Positions 58,201 to 64,000 of a stretch of 64,000 nt of DNA are shown here, in pieces. A model generated the notes under the pieces. That model was not told the DNA's origin. It was given only the letters and a program-made list of their open reading frames with translations, and ran no database searches. Position 1 is the stretch's first letter; every line of letters begins with the position of its first letter. The position numbers and the translations under genes were made by a program. Source of the DNA: Candidatus Helarchaeota archaeon (GTDB lineage Archaea > Asgardarchaeota > Lokiarchaeia > Helarchaeales > RDOG01); assembly GCA_029838215.1 (NCBI GenBank), contig JALGVI010000017.1, forward strand, positions 1 through 64,000, given 5' to 3'.

Positions 58201-58815
58201 AAGATAATTTGTATTTCCCATTTTAAGTAAGCGGTCAACGATCCTAGGAATTTCGCGTTCCTCTCTCATGGAAATATTCTTAGGAATTTCTGTTATTTTG
58301 ATAATTGCTAAAACTTTTTTATGACCATTTTTTCCTCTGAATATTAGTGCACATTCCCCGACTTCAGTATCTTTTACGGAAAAACGATATTTTGCCACAT
58401 CAAGAAGAGAAATAATAAGGGTAATCTCAACAACAATAACAATGAACGATATACAAAATGAAATAGGGTTGAACATTTCATAGATACTGAATAAACTTAA
58501 TAGTAAAGACATTACAATCGTGCTGAATATAATGGATATAGTAATATTCACGATTTCATCTTTTGAAAGAAAGGAAAGACCGAGGAATCCAAGTAAGAAA
58601 AGAATTGTACCGTAATTACTAAAGTAAATAAAAAAGACAGGATTCTGAATAATTGGCACTCCTCTTATTACGTAAATTATGTAAATATTGAAAATTAAGT
58701 CAATTAATTTTGGTACTGAAGTATTGAAATAAACATTAAAAATAAAAACAAATAGGGTGTTAAAGAAAGTAATTCCAAAAAGGAATAAACAGCTACCTAA
58801 CAAAATATGAACCAA
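55273..58815 (-). CDS. Membrane-anchored VirB4/HerA (DUF87-like) ATPase with C-terminal winged-helix region
   Basis: Four to five N-terminal TM segments; Walker A GLIGMGKT; Walker B IIEDAQ; LRGVGESM..ATRP..S..I.SN..KI.FRL; LNEEQ..YL..IP..EA. Confidence 0.8.
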   Translation of the reverse strand: MVHILLGSCLFLFGITFFNTLFVFIFNVYFNTSVPKLIDLIFNIYIIYVIRGVPIIQNPVFFIYFSNYGTILFLLGFLGLSFLSKDEIVNITISIIFSTIVMSLLLSLFSIYEMFNPISFCISFIVIVVEITLIISLLDVAKYRFSVKDTEVGECALIFRGKNGHKKVLAIIKITEIPKNISMREEREIPRIVDRLLKMGNTNYLFYHLVNIARQIPQLSYEIVIRNNKIEIQFILMISGRKSVDKLVGELEAKVLFLETTFKTVFNGIGFRVLTGDELTYEWKEILGLGNYKYKKVEKNIIQINRKIDDLYISILKFDSIPAIKAESTLTQIDQLINNFLSNKINCHFISSIKPSFSQDFSRFKQKVQDNFASFYNSSKQIDEMLATEEIRINLLNIKHMEFVQFWKVSNYLVLKSHNLVQLQRNIDKAKAILKNIFSDSNQIVKILSIENYKLLKALPIALMRGLLDSLEMTTEQLIATFHLPEQAFPSTIQRIQIPNFELPPIIDNPNSTQIYIGDVLYGNQELFRAFLDIEEVKLNVFITGLIGMGKTEFTKNMLIELTNKFPKINWMVLEWKGDYRNLIKRIKEPVLVFILGDEQNSLKINLFDPHRANPENHANKIFSILKEVFKSTLTKDSYSKLEFSPQMEKITREVLIKCIRDKNKRDFKSFFEELRSYSLENRSENKAIVMTIAAIENRFTKFVSGILGEILNTDRTTIPFEELMKHKVVFDLSNVIYKQGTKEDVRLLMNIILKYAIDEALRRGVTNDLKHVTIIEDAQLLVPSILREISETSLGEDIPLLLRGVGESMISIATRPEISSDIISNSAVKISFRLTDKNDTDKVSNYQNLNEEQEKYLRTIPKREAIMSTLNFPFPFRIRAPFSPNVPITLDEIFQSNTSNFRKFFQMKDYKENKLSVQSNNFKDFSALENFTNEEKELYFFIYHMMTNGYVLKRDVISQIEMNINRFNSILAKLLRNRLLLETSIPVYKSNMDRRISIIYKNPKLNVSRKIIREKMMEEFRKNKFMKFDDCKPFDFFIPSRNCNGLIITEDLSKQEFITKIRQMEEHVKMEVKSILIIVPFFSLKNKFLQYLKQENLKYIQLSAFNYREWKKIQVYCENKVEDLKNLQLESSVDSRHTMPNKNMQNLPILEEVEEFCKDFKILKDTEFFEKYSEKLKNT

Positions 58816-59159
58816 TAGAGTATGTTCTCTTGAAATTTGCTTTTTTTTTTAATATATCTGAAAAATAGCCCCCCTAAGATTAATGACTCGCCAAGTATTG
58901 CAAATATGAATAAGAGATTTATTTGTTCAATCAACGAATTTAGTATAAATAAGAAATTTATTAGTCCATATAACGAAGGAAACTCTAAAATAAAGTCTGG
59001 AAAGAGGTTGAATTCACTCAGATATATGTTTGCTAGAATGAAACAGGTGATAGTTATGACTATAATTGCTAAACAAGAGAAAACTCTCTCAAGCTCTCTT
59101 GGTCTTGGAGTTTTTACTGGTATTATTTCCTGTTTCACGTATACTTCCTTGTCAACCAT
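58797..59159 (-). CDS. Small membrane protein (2-3 TM)
   Basis: Hydrophobic segments; overlaps the ATPase start. Confidence 0.6.
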   Translation of the reverse strand: MVDKEVYVKQEIIPVKTPRPRELERVFSCLAIIVITITCFILANIYLSEFNLFPDFILEFPSLYGLINFLFILNSLIEQINLLFIFAILGESLILGGLFFRYIKKKSKFQENILYWFIFC

Positions 59160-59234
59160 TTTTATCAGTATTTACTTTTATTGGTCTAAAAGTTTTACGT
59201 TTTGTTTTATATTTTAACTCCACAAAAGAAGAAA

Positions 59235-61106
59235 TCACTTCATTTTCATTTTTTGTAAATTCTTCGCAAGTCTTTTTCTTTTGAAAAGAATAGCTGAGAA
59301 ACATCCAATCAATAACGTTGAGATCGTTAAACCCATGTTTGACATTAAAAACTCCATGAAACCATTTGTAATGAGAATCACGTAATTATATTCTTCAGCA
59401 AGATATGTTCCGTTTCCAAAATAGACGAATTTAATATGGATTGGATTTAACGATTCGGGAATCAATAAGGAAAAAATTAGCTCTCCATTTTCATTTGATA
59501 TCAACGTACTATGATATTTTCCATTCAGATAAACATTTACTTCTTCATTTCCTAAAAAAACACCATTTTTAGTCTGAAAACTAAATTTCAGGATTTTATT
59601 CTTAAGAATATGCCCTAGCAATGTAACTTGAGGAATTATTTCAATGGGAGTGAGTTCTAAATCCCAAAACTCATCATCATATATCTTACCGTTTATTCGA
59701 TATTGTAATAGAACTTCATTTGAGATTGTTTGAGGAAGTGACCAAGAAAAATTTGCCCATCCATCCATAGAATAGACTTCTTTTACTTTTTTCCATTCTG
59801 TATTTTCCCAAAAAAATAATTCAATACATTCACCATCTAATATTTCTCGAGATGAATGTGCATCTTTAAAAAAAAATGAAAAATCCATAATTCGACTTTC
59901 AGGATTTTTATGAACTAAAACATGACAGGATAATGGCCTTGGTTTAATTTGAATGGGAACAATTTTTGTTAAATTACTACCTTGCTCAAATGGAATTGCT
60001 TCCAAAATGAGATCATGTATCCCGCTTTCATTCAAGGATTGAAATACTATTTGATGATTCAAGTGATTAGATGTATCTAAAAAACCAAAATCAGAATTGA
60101 ATAGATATGACACGTTTGAGAGAAATTCTGTTTGCACCTGAATGTTTATTTGTGGATGTTCGTAAGAAACAACTGGAAAAATGTTGCTTGCATTTAAGAT
60201 AGAAACGAAAAATGAATTATTTATATCAAGCACCTCGAATTGTAAATTTAAGTTTAATGGGTTATAATCTATCGTTTCAATATTATTTAATATTGCCCGA
60301 TACATTCCAGATTTTCCACTATCCGTATCTAAAGTAAGATTCAAGATTCCTTCTGAATTTGTAGAAACATTTTCGTTTGATATTAAAACGAAATCAGGAT
60401 CGAATAATTGACAATTTATTAATTGATTGCGAAATTTAAATGTAGAATTATGCTCATTATAGAATTGGATCGAAATCTTTGTTTTATTTCCTTGAAATAT
60501 TATTGAAGGGTATTGATCTAGGATTTGGTAAGCGAGATCTGCCTTGAATATTCTTATTCCATTGACCGATTTTAACGTAACACCTTCTATAGCTCCTGTT
60601 CCTTCTGGATCGATCTCTATTTCTATATTTGCAACAGCTCTAACATCTGATTGCGTAACTGGATCATAACTTTCAGGATCTAAAAAGATCACTTTTGAGA
60701 TTTCGAAATTCTCTCTTGGATGCGGTAAAAAATGATCATCAAAATAAAAATTCTCAAGATCTAACGAGTTGCGGATCACCTCATATTGTGATGAAACATT
60801 TAATACATAAGTTGTTGAAATTCTTATTGATTCACCTATTTCATAATACCCTGCCCCATACATATCAACTGTATAAATTGAGATATTCTTCCATTCTTCT
60901 TCATCTGTTATTTGAATTATCTTTGGTAACTGGAACTGAGAACTTACTTGTATATTAGTTACAAAAATTGAAATCGCGAAAACAAATATTAGAATCACAC
61001 TCAAAAAAAGCACGAATATCGTGATGCTGGTCCTAGAATGAACGTGTTTCATGACTTTTAATTTCAATGGAATATGATATAAACAACACGACCCTATTTT
61101 GCGCAA
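59235..61106 (-). CDS. Surface glycoprotein with N- and C-terminal TM segments and beta-rich ectodomain
   Basis: N-terminal TM, C-terminal TM plus KRKR; 12 N-x-S/T sequons counted. Confidence 0.75.
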   Translation of the reverse strand: MRKIGSCCLYHIPLKLKVMKHVHSRTSITIFVLFLSVILIFVFAISIFVTNIQVSSQFQLPKIIQITDEEEWKNISIYTVDMYGAGYYEIGESIRISTTYVLNVSSQYEVIRNSLDLENFYFDDHFLPHPRENFEISKVIFLDPESYDPVTQSDVRAVANIEIEIDPEGTGAIEGVTLKSVNGIRIFKADLAYQILDQYPSIIFQGNKTKISIQFYNEHNSTFKFRNQLINCQLFDPDFVLISNENVSTNSEGILNLTLDTDSGKSGMYRAILNNIETIDYNPLNLNLQFEVLDINNSFFVSILNASNIFPVVSYEHPQINIQVQTEFLSNVSYLFNSDFGFLDTSNHLNHQIVFQSLNESGIHDLILEAIPFEQGSNLTKIVPIQIKPRPLSCHVLVHKNPESRIMDFSFFFKDAHSSREILDGECIELFFWENTEWKKVKEVYSMDGWANFSWSLPQTISNEVLLQYRINGKIYDDEFWDLELTPIEIIPQVTLLGHILKNKILKFSFQTKNGVFLGNEEVNVYLNGKYHSTLISNENGELIFSLLIPESLNPIHIKFVYFGNGTYLAEEYNYVILITNGFMEFLMSNMGLTISTLLIGCFSAILFKRKRLAKNLQKMKMK

Positions 61107-61223
61107 AATCGTGTTTTATTTCTTACTTTTTTTTAATTATGGTCTTTACATTTAAAACGGTAGTTAGTTATAATAATCAAAAAATAAAATTTTTTTAAAA
61201 AAGCTCACGCAAGTTGAGATTGG

Positions 61224-63398
61224 ATGACAAGAATTAAGCAAATTGACAAAATCCTCAGTCTTATCAATCAAAAGGATAGAATAAGAAATGTTGGAATCGT
61301 TGCGCATATCGACCACGGAAAAACCACGCTTGCAGATTGCCTACTTGCTCGGACAGGACTAATATCTCCATCTCTAGCTGGTCAACTTCGTGCATTGGAT
61401 TACTTAGATGAAGAACAGCGGAGAGGAATAACAATGAAATCGGCAAACGTTTCTTTGGTTTACAATGATTTCTTAATAAACTTGGTTGATACTCCAGGTC
61501 ATTAGAATTCATCTTATGAATTGAATTCTGACCAAGTGGATTTATCTCCCAAGGTTTCTCGCGCGCTTAGATCTATCGATGGTGCCATTGTAGTCGTGGA
61601 TGCCGTAGAAGGCTGCCAAATTCAAACCGAAATTGTATTAAAGCAAGTATTGAAAGAATTGGTTCAACCTACTTTGTACATTAATAAAGTAGATCGACTT
61701 ATTAAAGAATTAAAATTGGATCCTGACCAAATTCAAGCCCGTTTTCAAAAAATAATCGATGAATTTAATGACTTGATTGAGAATTACTCTGATTTCCAAT
61801 TTCAGAAAGAATGGCAGATTCAACTTGAAAAGGGAAATGTAGTTTTTGGATGTGCAATTTTCCCAAATTGGGGAATTTCTTATCGAAAAATGCTCCAAAC
61901 TGGGTTGAAATTCAAAAATATATATGATAGCTATCATTCTTCTGATCAACTAAACGCTTTGGGTCAGCTTCATGACCTGATTCCATTGAGTGATTCCATT
62001 TTTGATATGATTATTAATTTACTCCCGAATCCCATTAAGGCTCAAGGATATAGAATACATGGAATTTGGAAAGAGTCATCCAATCTTGAAATGAATGAGT
62101 TTCTTAATAAATGCGAAGAGAAAGGTCCAACAATTTTATGCATAAATAAGGTAATGACGGACAAACATGGTGGTTTTACTTGTATTTGTAGGGTCTTTTC
62201 TGGTGAGATCTTTCGAGGGATGCGTCTGTATGCAATGAATTTAAAAAAATTTATCCAAATTCGGGATCTTTATATTTTTATGGGAGAACAACGAGCAAGA
62301 GTTGAGCGAATTCCTTGTGGAAACATAGTAGCTTTTAAAACAATGACAGCAATTAATGCTGGAGAGACGCTGGTTCAAGAGGGATATGAAAATAATTCTG
62401 GATTCTTTGAAATGTTTCATTATATCTCTGAACCTATTCTCACAATTGCTCTAGAACCCAAACAACCAAGCCAATTGGAAAAAATGCTAGATTTTCTCAA
62501 TGTCATGTCGTTGAATGATCCAAGTCTAAGAGTTACCGTTAACAGGGATACTGGAGAATATCTTATTTCTGGATTAGGAGAACTTCACTTGGATATCCTT
62601 TTAAAAGAAATTGAGAAACAGGGAATAAATGTGATTCCCTCTCGCCCATTAGTCGTATTTCGGGAAAGTATAACTCACTCGGTTTCACCTATATCCAGTA
62701 GTACAAAGGATGGATTAACTGAAATCGAGATTTCGATTGATCCTTTAAGTAATGATGAAATTAATCTTATAAATCAAGGTAAATTATATCAGAGTGGGAA
62801 AGTATTTCATATTGAATCTCATCTAAATCTAATCCTTGATGAAACGGAAAAAAGCATTCAAGATCCTGTTATTCAAAGAATTTTAAGAAAAGGATTTGAT
62901 AAGATATTAAAAACAGGACCACTTTGTGATCAACCCGTAAGAGGATTGAAAATAAAAATTCATGCTCTAAAGATCCAAAAGAAACAAGTCTTGTCTTCGC
63001 CTTTGGAAATTCAATTGTTGCTACGAAATGTGATTTTTGCATCAATCTTAACAGGAACACCCATTTTATTAGAACCTATTTCAAAACTAATCATTCAGCT
63101 TCCTCTAAATCTGATAAAGGCCGTGGAAACTCTTGTTGCTCAAAAAAAAGGGAAGATCTTGTCAATTGAACAGATCGGAAATTCATCATCAATTACGTGC
63201 ATCATCCCTATAAAGAATTCATTAGAATTAACTGGTGAATTAAGATCAAAATCATCAGGACAAGCATTTTGGCAAGTCTTTTTCTCACATTGGCAGGAAA
63301 TTGAATCATCCGAGGCCCGAATGATTATAAAAACAATAAGGATGAAAAATGGTCGAATTCCAGAGGTACCAACACCTGATTTTTTCCTAAATAAATAA
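61224..63398 (+). CDS. Archaeal EF-2 paralog (aEF-2p); join(61224..61502,61536..63398), 713 aa after splicing
   Basis: [18 protein letters not shown]|VD, NKVD, GLGELHL, LLEP, ELR.K.SG.A; domain IV lacks the diphthamide His (HRG region reads VLSS). Confidence 0.9.
61503..61535 (+). other. 33-nt bulge-helix-bulge (archaeal endonuclease-type) intron in an mRNA
   Basis: Outer helix TCCA/TGGA, central 4-bp helix GGTC/GACC, 3-nt bulges ATT and AAG, inner 8-bp helix AGAATTCA/TGAATTCT. Begins with in-frame TAG; excision restores DTPGHVD. Confidence 0.88.
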
Positions 63399-63569
63399 CA
63401 TTTTTTAAAGGTTAAAACAAGAAGAACTTGTTTTTCCAATTTTTGGAAACAATTCTGTGCTTCACATAAGAATAAATCAATGCCACGAGATGGATGATAT
63501 ATAATCGTTTTATAGGACGATTTCAAGGACTAACGAATTTTTTATCTTGAAAAGGAACCAATTTCGATT

Positions 63570-63646
63570 GCAGCTGTGGTATAGTTTGGTTAGAACCGGA
63601 GGTTCCCATCCTCCTGACCCGGATTCAAATTCCGGCAGCTGCACCA
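63570..63646 (+). tRNA. tRNA-Gly(CCC), CCA encoded
   Basis: Acceptor GCAGCTG/CAGCTGC, anticodon arm GGAGG-TTCCCAT-CCTCC, T-loop TTCAAAT. Confidence 0.94.
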
Positions 63647-63660
63647 CTTCTCTTTCATAT

Positions 63661-63999
63661 TTAAATCAAGAATTCTTGTAGCTTCGTATCTAGCTTTTTA
63701 ATGATCCGCTTATAATATCGAATTTCAATAGGAATTAAGTTTATAAGAAATAGTCGATTTTGACGTGTCTTGACATCATTTAACAAGTGTACATGGATGA
63801 GAATTCTATCTATTGTTATCGCAAGATCGTTGATAAAACTGATATCCATGATTTCGTTTTTAAAGAGAAAAGAAGCCAATACTGCTACTATGGATTCAAT
63901 ATCTATGGCTCCTCGAAAATTAATATTATTATTTTTTGTTGCCAAAACAATTAATCCTTCATCCGAACAAATAAAAGTCCCTAAAAAACCAACTTTTTT
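63661..63999 (-). CDS. Roadblock/LC7-like protein, 5' end beyond the window
   Basis: Frame stays open to the window edge: ...GTFICSDEGLIVLA...DIESIVAVLA... roadblock pattern. Confidence 0.55.
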   Translation of the reverse strand, partial: KKVGFLGTFICSDEGLIVLATKNNNINFRGAIDIESIVAVLASFLFKNEIMDISFINDLAITIDRILIHVHLLNDVKTRQNRLFLINLIPIEIRYYKRIIKKLDTKLQEFLI

Positions 64000-64000
64000 A

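Noticed and set aside
61503-61505. TAG read-through (pyrrolysine or suppression) or simple nonsense pseudogene as the explanation for split EF-2p
   Set aside because: Read-through would leave an 11-aa insertion inside the G3/switch II motif. The precise BHB geometry that restores DTPGHVD explains both the stop and the insert.
61521-63398. Independent 625-aa ORF starting at TTG 61521
   Set aside because: The start lies inside the intron, and the product would lack G1/G2 of the GTPase domain.
1178-63526. Numerous short ORFs nested antisense or out of frame in long genes (e.g. 1178-1432, 3660-3956, 19209-19535, 21037-21402, 53678-54202, 63140-63526)
   Set aside because: They overlap well-supported genes and show no motifs or start signals; treated as shadow ORFs.
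1-64000. CRISPR array, IS/transposase, integrase, provirus or rRNA
   Set aside because: No regularly spaced repeats, terminal inverted repeats, recombinase motifs or rRNA-like sequence seen.

Overview
Chromosomal segment of an Asgard archaeon (Loki/Hel-like, inferred). The assignment rests on archaeal information genes (tfe, a TFB paralog, PolD DP1, rps17e, rpl2, rpl23, FAU-1, tRNAs with BHB introns) together with many eukaryote-signature proteins: actin, Rab/Arf/MglA-type GTPases, longin, roadblock and DENN-like domains. Housekeeping content includes a shikimate cluster, two acyl-CoA synthetase alpha subunits, malic enzyme, glycerate kinase, galT, nadB, cofE and four tRNAs. I saw no CRISPR array, rRNA or IS element. 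Top finding: the EF-2 paralog gene (61224-63398) is interrupted by a 33-nt stop-containing insert that folds into a canonical bulge-helix-bulge. Cutting at the canonical endonuclease positions rejoins DTPGH|VD exactly, so it looks like a tRNA-type intron in an mRNA. Other highlights: two ORB-bearing, cdc6-less origin-like regions (18.3-18.5 kb and 22.7-23.2 kb, the latter with a second repeated TTCACA motif); a tandem-roadblock / folliculin-like DENN / MglA-like GTPase operon; an unannotated 43-aa peptide gene ending GPWGPWPFP; an actin-PCI fusion; a Tad-like pilus set plus a membrane VirB4/HerA ATPase cluster; and a DP1 gene broken by a deletion. All family assignments are by-eye motif recognition, not database searches.
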